Below, in pieces: positions 11,722 to 24,450 of a stretch of 64,000 nt of DNA. Under the pieces are notes generated by a model. That model had not been told where the DNA came from. It worked only from the letters and a program-made list of their open reading frames with translations, and did not search any database. Numbering within the stretch: position 1 is the stretch's first letter; each line of letters opens with the position of its first letter. This stretch comes from Okamejei kenojei (Eukaryota), in NCBI GenBank assembly GCA_035221665.1, contig CM069148.1:25978001-26042000 (forward strand). Direction: 5' to 3'. The position numbers were made by a program, and so were the translations under genes.

Positions 11722-12283
11722 GTTTCAGTTTAGTTTATTGTCACGTGTACCGAGGTACAGTGAAAAGCTTTTGTTGCGTACTGCGGAAAGATAATATATG
11801 ATTACAACCAGGCCATTTACAGTGTATAGATGATACATGATAATTGAATAACGTTTAGTGCAAGGTAAAGTCAGATCAAAGATAGTCTGAGGGTCACCAA
11901 TGAGATACGACTGCTCTCTACTTATGGTAGGATATTTCAGTTGCCTGATAACAGTTGGCAAGAAACTGTCCCTAAATCTGGAGGTGTGGAATTTCACACC
12001 TTTGGCCCAAGTGGAGAGAAGGGCGTGACCAGCATGAAACTCGTCCTTGATTATGTTGCTGGCCTTGCCAGGGCAGAGTGAGGTATAAATGGAGTCAGTG
12101 GATGGAAGGTTGGTTTGTGCGATGGTCTGGGCTGCGTCCACAATTCGCTGCAATTTATTGCGTTCTTGGATGGAGCTGTTCCAAAACCAAACTGTGATGG
12201 ATCCCAATAAAATGCTTTCCATGGCGCATCTGTAGTTGGTGAGAGTTGTTGTGGGCATGCCGAACTTCCTAAGCCTTCTAAGT
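11722..12283 (-). mobile_element. Rex1/Babar LINE 3' fragment
   Basis: ORF 11725..12258 has LTNYRCAMESILLGSITVWF..LQRIV..AQTI..RFRDSF; GTGACAATAAACTAAACT tail. Confidence 0.85.
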
Positions 12284-12524
12284 TATTTGCTGAACCCAGG
12301 AGAAATGCTGCTCAATACAGCATGTAGGACTAATAGAGGGTGGCTGTTGCGATTGGAAATCAGTCTGAATTCTTTCTCCCATCTGATTAGGAATTTGTTG
12401 TAATTGTGGCACACACTTGTCCTGAGCCCACATGAAATAATCCAATTCAGCATACAATTAATCTGCTTGGGAGCTGGTTCAGTTTGCATGTGGGAATGCA
12501 GATTTTGATTAGAGGCTTTAGTCC

Positions 12525-13140
12525 GAGGGTGGTGAATCTGTGGAATTCTTTCTTCTGCAGTTGTATAGGGCTCTGGTGAGACCACATCTGGAGTATTGTG
12601 TACAGTTTTGGTCTCCTAATTTGAGGAAGGACATCCTTGTGATTGAGGCAGTGCAGCATAGGTTCATGAGATTGATCCCTGGGATGGCGGGACTGTCATA
12701 TGAGGAAAGATTGAAAAGACTAGGCTTGTATTCACTGGCATTTTGAAGGATGAAGGGGAATCTTATAGAAACATATGCAATTATAAAAAGGCTGGACAAG
12801 CTAGATGCAGGAAAAATGTTCCCAATGTTTGATGAGTCCAGAACCAGGGGCCACAGTCTTAGAATAAAGGGGAGGTCATTTAAGACTGAGGTGAGAAAGA
12901 ACGTTTTCACCCAGAGAGTTGTGAATTTATGGAATTCCCTGCCACAGAGGACAGTGGAGGCCAAGTCACTGGATAGATTTAAGAGAGAGTTAGATAGAGC
13001 TCTAGGGGCTAGTGGAGTCAAGGGATATGGGGAGAAGGCAGGCACATGTTATTGATCGGAGACGATCAGCCATGATCACAATGGATGGCGGTGCTGGCTC
13101 GAAGGGCCTAATGGCCTCCTCCTGCACCTAGTTTCTATGT
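12525..13140 (+). mobile_element. CR1 LINE 3' fragment
   Basis: LYRALVRPHLEYCVQFWSP and RTRGHSLRI..FTQRVVNLWNSLP..GYGEKAG; 3' UTR ending TTTCTATGT. Confidence 0.9.
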
Positions 13141-13144
13141 TTAC

Positions 13145-13765
13145 CACAGAAGGATGTGCCGAACATAATGCCAAGACCATCTCTTACCTGCCTGCACGTG
13201 TTCCTACATTCCCAGTGTATCCATATGCCTATCCCAAAATCTCCTTAATGCCACCAATCATATCTATATCTACTTCCACCCTCCTCACTTTGCCCAGAGC
13301 CTTCCAGGCATTTGCCTCCCTTTGTGTAAAAAAAATTGCCCCGCACATTCCTTTGAACTTTGCTCATCTCACGTTTCAACTATGCCTTGATTTTGATTTT
13401 TCCATTCTGGGAAACTGGTTCTGACTGCCTACCCCAACTCACTATGCCTTCTATTATAAACTTCTATAAGTTCTCCCTGCAAACAATCCAAGTGTGTCCA
13501 ACGTCTCTCTGATTTGCTAATACCCTGATCCAGGTATCGTTCTGGTAAACCTCCTCTGCACCCTTACCAAAGTCTCCACATCTTATCACCCTTTATTCTT
13601 GCGTTGCTACTTTCAGGGAGTTATGGACATGGAACTCATGATCCCTCTGTGCATCAATGCTGTGAAGACTCTTTCCATTAATTGTATATCTTCCCCTTTC
13701 ATTTGACCTCCCAAAGTGCAACACCTCGCACTTTATTGGATTAAACTCCATCTGCTATTTCTGCA
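13145..13765 (-). mobile_element. Old CR1 fragment
   Basis: Degenerate reverse-complement match to the CR1 RT C-terminal region (CEVLHFG codons near 13710-13730) and 3' UTR. Confidence 0.6.
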
Positions 13766-13779
13766 CCCTGTAACATATA

Positions 13780-14367
13780 ACATATAACAATTACAGCACA
13801 GAAACAGGCCCTCCCGGCCCTTCCAGTCCGTGCCGACCATTTGTTTTCCCCTAGTCCCATCTACCTGCACTCAGACCATACCCCTCCATTCCCTCCCGTC
13901 CATATACCTATCCACTTTACTTTTAAATGTTAAAATCGATCCTGCCTCCACCACTCCTGCTGGAAGCTCATTCCACACAACCACCACCCTCTGAGTAAAG
14001 AAGTTCCCCCTCAAGTTACCCCTAAACCTCTGTCCCTTAATTCTCATGTCATGCCCTCTAGTTTGAATCTTCCCTACCCTCAATGGGAAAAGCTTATCCA
14101 CGTCAACTCTGTCTATCCCTTTCATCATTTTAAAGATCTCAATCAAGTCCCCCCTTAACCTTCTGTGCTCCAAAGAATAAAGACCTAACTTGTTCAACCT
14201 TTCTCTGTAACATAGTTGCTGGAATCCAGGCAGCATTCTAGTAAATCTCCTCTGTACTCTCTCTATTTTGTTGACATCCTTCCTATAATTAGGCGACCAA
14301 AATTGTACACCATACTCCAGAATTGGTCTTACCAATGCCTTGTACAATTTGTACCAATGCCTTGTAC
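13780..14367 (-). mobile_element. Young 5'-truncated CR1
   Basis: Uninterrupted ORF 13871..14347 MYKALVRPILEYGVQFWSP...TRGH..FFTQRVVVVWNELP. Confidence 0.9.
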
Positions 14368-14704
14368 TACCCTGTAGTTATAAATAAAAAGTTAATTGCT
14401 CCAAATGTTCCAAAGCAATTTACAGCCAATTAACTATTTTAAGCAGCGGTCAATGGTACATTGTTGAAAATTGTCATTCTTTGTTCCTGGTCATTTACAT
14501 GCAGTTATTTCACATAAAATTATTTAATGGATAGTCACTGTATAACCATAATGTAACAATTTTATTTTGTAGAATCCAGACAGCCATATGTTATTTATTT
14601 ATACAACAGGAGTGCATTCTTTTGAATATTCACCCAGTTAAATCTGTAATACGACACCAAATAGGACAAAATTCACAAATGGCTAAAACAATATTTGAAT
14701 AAGT

Positions 14705-15350
14705 CATAGTCAAAGAACTGTACGTATGGAAACAAGCGCTTCAACCCACCTTGTCCATGTCGACCAAGTTGGGCTTGTCCCATTAACCTGCATTTGGCGC
14801 ACATCTCCCTAAATCTTTCCAATGCATATATCTGTCCAAATATCTTTTAAAAGTCGTAATTGTATGCACTTCTATAGCTTCCTCTGGCAGTTCATACCAG
14901 ATGCATAGAACATAGGAAGGTACAACGCAGGAACAGGCCCCTTCACCCAGTGAATGTGCTAAGCATGGTGCCAAGGTAACCTAATCTCAATTGCCTGCAC
15001 ATGATGCACAGGATGCACATCCCTGCATATACATGTGCCTATCTAAAAGCCTCTTAAACGGCCTCATATCTGCCTCCACCACCACCCCTGATAGCATGTT
15101 TTAGACACCCACCGCCCTCTGTGTAACTAACTCCACACATGTCCTTTCAACTTTGCCCCTTTCACCTTCAGTCTTTGACATTTCCACCCTGGGAGAAAGG
15201 TCTGACTATCAACCCTTGCTATGCCTCTTATAATTTTATATATGTGTATCAGGTTTCCCTTCAACCTCTCGCATTCCAGATAAAATAATCAAAGTCTGTC
15301 CTACATTTCCTTCTAGCAAATATCATCTAATCCAGGCAGCAATCTGGTAA
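14705..15350 (-). mobile_element. Two adjacent CR1 3' fragments
   Basis: WYELPEEAIEV..ITTFKRYLDRYM; a second ATAGAAAC tail at ~14905 is followed by another CR1 3' region. Confidence 0.65.
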
Positions 15351-15354
15351 ACTC

Positions 15355-15952
15355 TGGCAATGGAGGCAGCCCAGGATTGAAAGATTGGTATGGGAATGGG
15401 AAGGGGAGTTAAAATGGTTCGCACCTGGGAGTTCTAGCAGTCCTTGGCTGACCGAGCATGTGTTGCTGCCCTTGGCCTCCTCCATTGCCAGAGTGAGACC
15501 ACATGCAAACTGGAGGGATAACACCTCACATTCCGCTTGGGTAGCTTACAACCCAATGATATGAACAATTTTAAGTAACACCCATCCTTCCTCTCTCCAT
15601 TTTCTACCACCACCCTCCATCCCTTTTCATCAATATCGCAGCCTCTTGCTTTACATTTCACTCTTCTTCTCTCATTAGCTGAAACTTGTTTGTCTTGTTT
15701 GTATGTCTTGTCCATCCATCTGCAAATCAAATCTTTGTCCACTGTATTCACCTGTGCCAACAATCACTTGTCAGGCTTTGCCTCACCCCAACTACTATCC
15801 AACTTTCTTTCGCCTATGTATCCCAATCTGAAAAATGACCCCAACCTGAAAAGTCGCATGTCCATGCCGTCCACAGACGCTGCCTGACCGTCTGAGTTAC
15901 TCAAGCACTTTGTGTTTTGCCCAAGATTCTAGCATCTGCATTTCCTTGTGTT
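15355..15952. mobile_element. Penelope 3' fragment with a short inverted segment
   Basis: HFNSPSHSH motif inverted at 15355-15460; forward LTFRLGSLQP-type codons; degenerate terminal repeat at 15825-15950. Confidence 0.7.
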
Positions 15953-15954
15953 CC

Positions 15955-16235
15955 GTCATGATCTTGAACACCTCAATAAAGTCACCCCTCCGCCTCCTAG
16001 GCTCCAAGCTCTCCCTAGAACTCAAACCCACAACCCATGTAACATCCTGGTGAATCCCTTTTACACCCATTCAAACTCAATGGCAGCCTTCCTATAGCTG
16101 GGCGACCAGATCTGTACACAGTACTCCAAACGTGGTCTCGGCAGCAACTTGTACAGCTGCATCATGATGTCCCGACTTTTGTACTCATTACTCTTCCTAA
16201 TGATAGAAACCATGCCAAATGCCTTCTTCACCACA
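15955..16235 (-). mobile_element. CR1 fragment
   Basis: ORF 16061..16249 VVKKAFGM..LYKLL.RPRLEYCVQIWSP. Confidence 0.75.
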
Positions 16236-16870
16236 GAGTCAGAGTCCATGAGGGAGGTTGATAATCTGATTGAATGTTGCCAGAACTACAATCTTACTCT
16301 CAACGTTTGCAAGACCAAGGAGTCGATTGTTGACCTCGGGGAGGGAAAGCTGAGGATCCATGTAACCATCTCATCAGCGCAATGGTGGCAGCTAGAGTCG
16401 ACAGCTTCAAGTTCCTGGGGGTGCATATCTCTGAAGATCTGTCCTGATCCCAGCACATTGATGCAATCACATGGAAAGCTCATCAACACCTCTATTTCCG
16501 TAGTAGATTGAGGAGATTCGGTATGTCACCAGGTACTCTATCGAACTTCTACAATTGTACGGTATAGAACATACGGACTGTTTGTGTCATGGTCTAGTTC
16601 AGTAAATCAAATGTCCAAGAACCAAGGAGACTGGAGAAAGTGGTACACACTGCCTGGTCCATCACAGATACTGACCTCCCCACCATTGAAGTGATCTACT
16701 GGAGATGCTGCCTCAAAAAGGCAGCTAATATCATCAGACCCACATCAGCCGGAACATGCTCTCATCTTCCTATTACCATCGATAAAAGGTATAGGAGACT
16801 GAAAAACTGTGACCTCTGGGTTCAAGAACTGCTCCTTCCCAGCAACCAACAGACTCTTGAACACTGCCCA
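16236..16870 (+). mobile_element. Rex1/Babar fragment
   Basis: CQNYNLTLNVCKTKESIVD and LPTIEVIYWRCCLKKAANII match the Rex copy at 27.4-28.6 kb. Confidence 0.8.
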
Positions 16871-17504
16871 ACACTAATGACAACCCTGCATTATCAATTA
16901 TGATGGTTACTATGGTTTTGGTTGTAATATGTACTCCAGTTTTGTACTATTATAGTCTGCTTATCAAGTAATTCTACTTATTAATTTATTATATCGTTGA
17001 TTATTGTATAGTTAGCAATTCCAGCTTTTTTTTTCTACACTAGGTTGTTTTCTTTGAGTTGGTGTTTTGGGTAAGTAAGTAGTGGATGAGTGACACATTT
17101 TTGGTCTAGAGTTGCAAGTGTACACAGGGACTCCCATATTAGGACTGCGCTGGAGTATACTACAGTGATGTGCAAAATAGCTCACCACTCTCTTTGTTTG
17201 AACAAAGTTAAGTTTTGCAGCTGTAATGGTTATTTTAAAATCACTAATGGCTTATGATGCCATTGTGATTAAAGTTGTTAACATTCATGAGGAAATGATA
17301 AGTAATAATCAGTAAAACTATGGAAACACAAGAGACTGCAAACACCGGAATCTGGTGCATGAAACAATTAGTTGGAGGATCTCATCAGGTCAAGCATACC
17401 TGTGGTGTGAAAGGAATTGTTGATGTTTCAGGTCAAGACCTTACCACAGGATATCCCTTGCTGCATCAGCTACCCTGAATCAGTATTGATTTGATATTGG
17501 CTTT

Positions 17505-18230
17505 GGCTTATTAGTATTGTCACGTGTACTAAAATACTATTGTAAATCTTTGCTTAGTATGCTATCCAGCTAAATTAGGCCATATCAGTGTAAACAACCC
17601 ATGCATGAGAACAATAAAATCATACATGACTAAAGCAGGTAGTTCAAAAAGAGAAACGAAACTGAGTGCAGAACATAGTATTACAGCTGCAGTGAAAGTG
17701 CAAATAAAAAAGTGCAAGGGCCATAACGGGGTAAATTCAGAGATTGGGAATACATCTTTAATTTATGAAAGGTAGACACAAAATGCTGGAGTAACTCAGC
17801 AGTCCAGGCAGCATCTCTGGAGATAAGGAATGGGTGACGTTTTGGGTTGAGACCCTTCTTCAGAATGATTTAGTTTATAAAAGCTCTGTTTAATAATCTG
17901 ATAACTGTGGGAAAGAAATTATTCTTGAATCTGCTGGTAAGGGGTGAAGAGGGAATAATCGAGGTGTGGGAGAAAAGACAATGACCGACGGAGGCTACTT
18001 TGCATGATGGTTTGACCACTCTGCAATTTCTTGTCATCTTGGACAGAGCAGTGGCCAAACCAAGCTGGGATGCATCTGGATATAATGCTTTGCATTATGC
18101 AACTGTAAAAAATGGTAAGAGTCATTAGAGGCATGCTGAATTTTTGTATTTTCCTGAGGAAGTCGAGGTGTTGGTGTGCTTTCTTGGTTGTAGTATCAAT
18201 GAGGTTAGATCAGGCCAAATTGTTGGTCCA
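17505..18230 (-). mobile_element. Rex1/Babar 3' fragment, interrupted by a Penelope mini-insert
   Basis: LTIFYSCIMQSIISRCIPAWFG and TSRFKNNFFPTVIRLLN motifs. Confidence 0.75.
17772..17868 (-). mobile_element. Penelope terminal-repeat mini-insertion (97 bp)
   Basis: Minus strand reads CTGAAGAAGGGTCTCAACCCAAAACGTCACC...TTTTGTGTCTAC; flanks TTTAATTTATGAAAG (17757-17771) and TTTAGTTTATAAAAG (17869-17883) match at 13/15. Confidence 0.8.
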
Positions 18231-19251
18231 GTAAAACTATGACTAATTCAAGTCAGTAATAGGAGGCATAGCTTTGTGCCTTAATGCAAGGAGTATTCGT
18301 AATAAGGTGGATGAATTGAATGTGCAGGTTAGTAGTTAAGGAATATGATATAGTTGGAATTACGGAGACATGGCTCCAGGGTGACTAAGGCTGGGAGCTA
18401 AACATGCAGGGGTATTCGATATTCAGGAAGGAAAGACAGAAAGGAAGAGGAGGTGGGGTGGCATTGCTAGTTAATGAGGAGATTAATGCAATAGCGAGGA
18501 GAGACATTAGCTTGGATGCTGTAGAATCGGTATGGGTATAACTTCGAAATAGCCAAGGTCAGAAAATGCATGTTGAAGTTGTAAACAGCAGTTGGGAGGT
18601 TTGGGATAGCATCAAGCGGGAAATTAGGGATGCGTGTAGCAAAAGTACAGTAGTTATCATGGATGACTTTAATCTACATATAGATTGGGCCAACCAAATT
18701 GATAGCACCACTGAGGAAGAGGATTTCCTGGAATCTACACGGGATGGTTTTTTAAACCAATATGTAGAAGAACCGACTAGAGGGCAGGCCATCCTAGACT
18801 GGGTATTGTGTAATGAGGAAGGATTAGTTAGCGATCTTGTTGTGCAAAGCCCCTTGGGCAGCAGTGACCATGATATGATGGAATTCTGCATTAGGATGGA
18901 AAGTGACACGGTTACTTCAGAGACCAGGGTCTCTGTACTTAAAGGAGACTTTGAAGGTATGAGATGGGAATTGGCTCAGATAGCCTGGAAAATTATATTT
19001 AAATGGTTGACGGTGGAGAGCCAATGGCAAAGATTTAAAGAGCGCATGGATGAACTCCAAAAATTGTTCCATCTCTGTCGGGCAAAAAAATTAAATGGGG
19101 GAAGGCGGCTCAACAGTGGCTGATGAGGGAAATCAAGGATAGTGTTAAATCCAAGTAAAAGGCATATAAATTGGCCAGAGGAAGCAGCAAACTGGAGGAC
19201 TGGGAGAAATTTTGAACTCAACAGAGGAAGACAAAGCGGTTAATAAAGGTT

Positions 19252-19277
19252 GGGGGGGGGGGGGGGGGGGGGGGGGG
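19252..19277. repeat. Poly-G tract (26 nt) within CR1 ORF2
   Basis: Directly visible; absent at the equivalent position of the CR1 near 41850. Confidence 0.9.
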
Positions 19278-21068
19278 AGCATGAAGGAAAGCTTGCGGGG
19301 AATATAAAAACTGACTAAAAGCTGCTTTAGATTTGTAAAAAGGAAGATTAGTGAAGACAAATGTAGGTCCCTTACAATCAGAGACAGGTGAATTTATAAT
19401 GGGAAACAAAGAAATGGCAGAACAGTTAAACAAGTACTTTGTATCTTCCTTAATGATGATAGAAGCAATCTCCCAGAAATACTAGGGGACCGTGGATCTA
19501 GTGGTAAGGAGGAACTGAAGGGAATCCACATGTCAGGAAGTGGTGTAAAGTAAACTGTTGGGACTGAAGGCAGATAAATCCCCAGGGCCTGATGGTCTGC
19601 ATCCCAGAGTACTCAAGGAGGTGGCCCTAGAAATCGTGGATGCATTGGTGATCAGTTTCCAATGTTCTCTCGACTCTGGATCAGTTCCTGTGGACTGAAG
19701 AGTAGCCAATGTAATCCCACGTTTTAAGAAGGGAGGGAGAGAGAAAACATGGAATTATAGACCAGTTAGCCTTGCATCGGTAGTGGGGAAGATGCTTGAG
19801 TCAATTTTTAAAGATGTTTTCGCAGCGCATTTGGAAAGCATTGACAGGATCGGTCAAAGTCAGCATGGATTTATGAAGGGGAAATCATGCTTGACTAATC
19901 TTCTGGAATTTCTTGAGGATGTAACAAGTAGAATGGATAAGGGAGAGCCAGTGGCTGTGGTGTATCTGGACTTAAAAAAGCTTTTGACAAGGTCCCACAC
20001 GGAGATTAGTGTGCAAAATTAGAACACATGGTATTGGGGGTTGGGCATTGACATGGATAGAGAGCTGATTGGCAGACAGGAAGCAAAGAGTAGAAATGAA
20101 CGGGTCCTTTGCAGAATGGCAGGCAGTGATTAGTGGGGTGCCGCAAGGCTCGGTGCTGGGATCCCAGTTATTTACAATATATAATTAACGATTTAGACGT
20201 GGGAATTAAAAGTGACATCCCCAAGTTTGCAGATGACACAAAGCTGGGTGGCAGTGTGAGCTTTAATGAGGATGCTATGAGGCTGCAGGGTGACTTGGAT
20301 AGGTTGGGAGAGTGGGCAGATGCATGGCAGATGCAGTATAATGTGGATAAATGTGAGGTTATCCACTTTTGTGGCAAGAACAGGCAGGCAGATTATTATC
20401 TGAATGGTGTCAGATTAGGAAAAGGGGAAGTGCAACGAGACCTGGGTGTGCTTGTACATCTGTCACTGATAGTAAGCATGCAGGTACAGCAGGCAGTGAC
20501 GAAAGCTAATGGCATGTTGGCCTTCATTGTGAGAGGATTTGAGTTTAGGAGCAAGGAGGTCCTACTGCAGTTGTGCAGGGCCCTGTTGAGACCACACCTG
20601 GAGTATTGTGTGCAATTTTGGTCTCCTAATTTGAGGAAGGACATTATTGCTATTGAGGGAGTGCAGCGTAGGTTCACCAGGTTAATTCCTGAGATGGCGG
20701 GACTGACATATGATGAAAGGATGGGTCAACTGGGCATGTAGTCATTGGAATTTAGAAGGATGAGAGGGGATCTTACAGAAACGTATAAAATTCTTAAAAG
20801 ATTGGACAGGCTAGTTGCAGGAAAAATGTTCCCGATGTTGGGGGAGTCCAGAACCAGGGGTCACAGTTTAAGAATAAGGGGTAGGCCATTTAGGACTGAG
20901 ATGAGGAAAAACAATTTCACCTAGAGAGTTGTGAATCTGTGGAATTCTCTGCCACATAAGGCAGTGGAGGCCAATTCACTGGATGTTTTCAAGAGAGAGT
21001 TACATTTAGCTCTTGAGAGCTAAAGGAATCAAGGGATATGGGGAAAAAAGCAGGAACAGGTTACTGAT

Positions 21069-21435
21069 CCGATCTTTCTGTCCTGGATCTTCTCCTTGGC
21101 CGAGTCAGTCCCACCACAAATTGGAGGATCAGCACCTCATATTTCGCTTGGGTAGTTTACACCTCAGCGGTATGAACATTGACTTCTCCAATTTCAAGTA
21201 GTCCTTGCTTTCTCCCTCCTTCCACTCCCCTTCCCAGCTCTGCCACAGCCCACTGTCTGCGCCTCTTTCTTTCTTCTTCCCACCACCCCCCTCCACCCCC
21301 ATATCAGTCTGAAGAAGGGTCTTGACCCGAAACGTCACCCATTCCTTCGCTCCATAGATGCTGCCTCACCCGCTGAGTTTCTCCAGTTTTTTGTCTACCT
21401 TAGATTTTTCCAGCATCTGCAGTTCTTTCGTAAAC
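21069..21435 (+). mobile_element. Penelope 3' fragment with the best-preserved hammerhead-like motif, inserted in a CR1 3' end
   Basis: KLEDQHLIFRLGSLH.SGMNIDFSNFK C-terminus; CTGAAGAAGGGTCTTGACCCGAAACGTC at 21309-21336; ACTGAT repeated at 21063-21068 and 21436-21441. Confidence 0.85.
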
Positions 21436-21635
21436 ACTGATTTTAGATGATCAGCCATGACCATATTGAATGGCAGTGCTGGCTCGAAGGGCTGAATGGC
21501 CTACTCCTGCACCTATTTTTCAATGTTTCTATAAGCATTTTAACAGTTTTGGCCCCCATGATGGAAATAAGTTTACATTTGATAATCATTGACAATAATA
21601 GATACTAATAGATGAGACGGTAGACAAATGTGATG

Positions 21636-21723
21636 ATAGACAAACATGCTGGAGAAACTCTAAGCAGCATCTATGGAGCAAAGGAAATAGGCAAAGTTTC
21701 GGGCCAAAACCCTTCTTCAGACT
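21636..21723 (-). mobile_element. Penelope terminal-repeat fragment
   Basis: Reverse complement AGTCTGAAGAAGGGTTTTGGCCCGAAACTTTGCC... Confidence 0.7.
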
Positions 21724-22346
21724 GCAACAATGAAATGCAGATGCCTGCAGATCAATCAGTCATTCTTAAAATCAGTGTGGAAGGATGGAATTAATTATCA
21801 TGACTAAACAAACATTACCTGTATCATTCAGTATTCCTCAGGAAGAGAAGGATGCTGCCTGACAAATCTTCTTATCTTCTTTGAGGAAGTGACAGCACGT
21901 GAACTACAGAAGTATGTAATTTGTTATAATTAAACTTCCAAAAATCTATTATAACTATGGGAATTCTGAAAAGCACTGGATATGGATGAGAAACTGGTTG
22001 TAATGTATAAAACAATAGTTACTTGTTGGGGGAGTTATGTCTAGGGTAGGCAACCACTGAGTTTCATGCCCCAGGGGCCACCACTGTTTCTAATTTACAA
22101 TTGCCTCCATTCTGAACTTCAATGCAACATTTGCAGATGATGGCCAACCAGGAGAAGCAGCAGAACATATGCAGCCAGTTGAAAACTGACAGGATAAATA
22201 TGGGAAAAGTGAGCATCAAACAGAAGACAAAATTAATCCAAGCAATGTGAATAAATGAAGTATATTTATCTTCTTCATGAATATAATTGAAATGGTGAGA
22301 AATAAAACCAAAAGAGCTTTGTATTAGTCTAGGTGGTCAGTATATC

Positions 22347-22945
22347 CATAGTCATACAGACTGGAACCAGGCCCATTGGCCCAACTTCCCCACACCGACC
22401 AACATGTCGCATCTACACTAGTCCCACCTACCTGCATTTAGCCCATATCCCTCTAAACCTGTCCTATACATGTATCTGTGTAAATATTTCTTAAACGTTG
22501 TGATAGTACCTGCCTCAACTACTTCCGATGGCAACATGTTCCACACACCTACCTCCCTTTGTGTGAAAATGTTACCCCTCAGATTCCTGTTAAATCTCCC
22601 CCCCCCTCTCAGCTTAAACCTATACGCTCTGATTCTGAAGAAGGGTCTCGACCCGAAACGTTGCCTATCTCCTTCGCTCCTTAGATGCTGCTGCACCCCC
22701 TGAGTTTCTCCAGCTTTTTGTGTAACGCTCTGATTCATGTTACTCCTACTCTGGGCAAGAGACTTTGTACATCCACCCAATCTATTGCTCTCGTGATTTT
22801 ATACACCTCTATAAGATCACCCCTCATTCTCCTGCTCTCCAAAGAGTAGTCCTAGCCAGCTAAACCTCTCCCTAAAGCTCAGGCCCTCGCATCCTGGCAA
22901 AATCCTTGTAAATCTTCTCTGCACTCTTTCCAGCTTGACACCATC
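22347..22945 (-). mobile_element. CR1 3' fragment, interrupted by a Penelope mini-insert
   Basis: RGNIFTQREVGVWNMLP..FKKYLHRYM..GYGLNAGRWD. Confidence 0.85.
22636..22724 (+). mobile_element. Penelope terminal-repeat mini-insertion (~90 bp)
   Basis: (C)TGAAGAAGGGTCTCGACCCGAAACGTT...TTTTTGTGTA; perfect 12-bp direct repeat ACGCTCTGATTC at 22624-22635 and 22725-22736. Confidence 0.88.
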
Positions 22946-24450
22946 CATAGAAGAAAAACAGTTAAGCATTCCATTAGAAAGCTGAAATGTATATCTGGAA
23001 GACTAGGACATGCTAGAGATAGCCATTGTTAAGTTAACAGGTTGTGGGCCTAAACTCCACCTGAAATAATGGTGTAGATCTTCTTGGACCTGGCCTGTTG
23101 CATGAAATCCTTCCCACAGTCTTTGCCTGCCTGCACCTATTATTTCTGGATATGGAGGGCTGAACAAGATGAACAAGGGAGTGAGCCTGCAAAGTGCATG
23201 AAGTACTGCAAATAACCATCAAACAGTGATCCTCCCCAACTCCTTGAACATTGTTGAACAGTTTTTAAATGTCTTTGATAGCCACAGGTTTTCAAAACTC
23301 AATTATTTAATATGGAAGCAATTATAATAATTTGATTTTCAATATATAATGTTAAAAAGATAGAAAAAATGAATTGAAGCTCATTTAAAATGGACAAATA
23401 ATTGAAAACATTAAAATATAGACCAACCAGTGAAGCACTTACCGGCACTGACCTTTCTCCAGGGTAAACGAATGGAGTCACTGTTCTGAGGGTCTGCAGT
23501 GGAGCAGGGGAATTGGCAATGAAATACGCAGCTTTCCAAGCTTCAGGAAGTCTTCCCAAGCATGCAGTTTCAAGACTTTGGAGGCAGAAATTGGATTTTT
23601 AAAGAATGGGCAAAATGCAGTTCCTCTGTCAGTGCCAATTGGCTGAGGCCACCTGATATTGAAGAGTGCACATTGCTTTTGCCTAGGAAGGCAGCACAGT
23701 CAGGTAGATGAACCTCATCTCAGGTGTCAGCTCCACCAGTTAGAGCACAGCCACAAAGAGGTCTTGACTTGGGTCTCAAGGGTCGCGACCCGAAACATCA
23801 CCTATTCCTTGACCCGCCGAGTCGCCCCAGCATTTTGTGTCTATCTTTGGTTTAATCCAGCATTTGCCGTTCCTTCCTACGCATCCTGGTTAGAACTGTT
23901 CATTCCATCATTACTTCACTCCAGATATACAGTATGGATTAATGTCCTCATAACATTTCATCAGCCGGGGCAACTTAAATACCTGACCATTTGCTGGGGA
24001 GATTTGTTTTCAATATATATTGGACTCCTGTATCATTTTCTTAAGATCCATGGAAGAGTTGAGTCCACAAGGAGCCTATTGAACTCTTTGAAAGAGCAAT
24101 TCAATTTGTCCCATTTGTCTGTTCTCTCACTATTTTTGCCTTCAAGTGTCTATCCATTTCCTTTTTAAATGCCATATGAATCTGTATGTGAATCCTGTCA
24201 AGCTGCCCAATCCTAACCTCTTGCTTCATATAAATATTTCATCCTGTCACCTTTATCGCCTGCCAATCATCTTAAGTTACTGAAATCTGGTTATTGAACC
24301 TTCACTGTGGAAAACATTTTTTTTCTTAATTTAATCTGTCTCAATGATTTTAAACATGAAATCAACTTTTTTGCCCTACACCCTGTATAAAGAAGCACTC
24401 CAACTACACAAGTCAAACCATGCAATGATATTCCTCTCTATCTCGAACCA

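Larger units (their letters stand above)
18270..21532 (+). pseudogene. CR1 ORF2 (APE endonuclease + reverse transcriptase), near complete, with stops and frameshifts
   Basis: LCLNARSIRNK, GITETWL, DFNL, SDHD, QHGFMKGKSCLTNL, FADDTKL and RPHLEYCVQFWSP motifs; 3' UTR at 21436-21532 after the Penelope insert. Confidence 0.92.

Noticed and set aside
12518-13045. 175-aa antisense ORF and similar ones (20396-20677, 43064-43315)
   Set aside because: Shadow frames on the opposite strand of CR1 ORF2.
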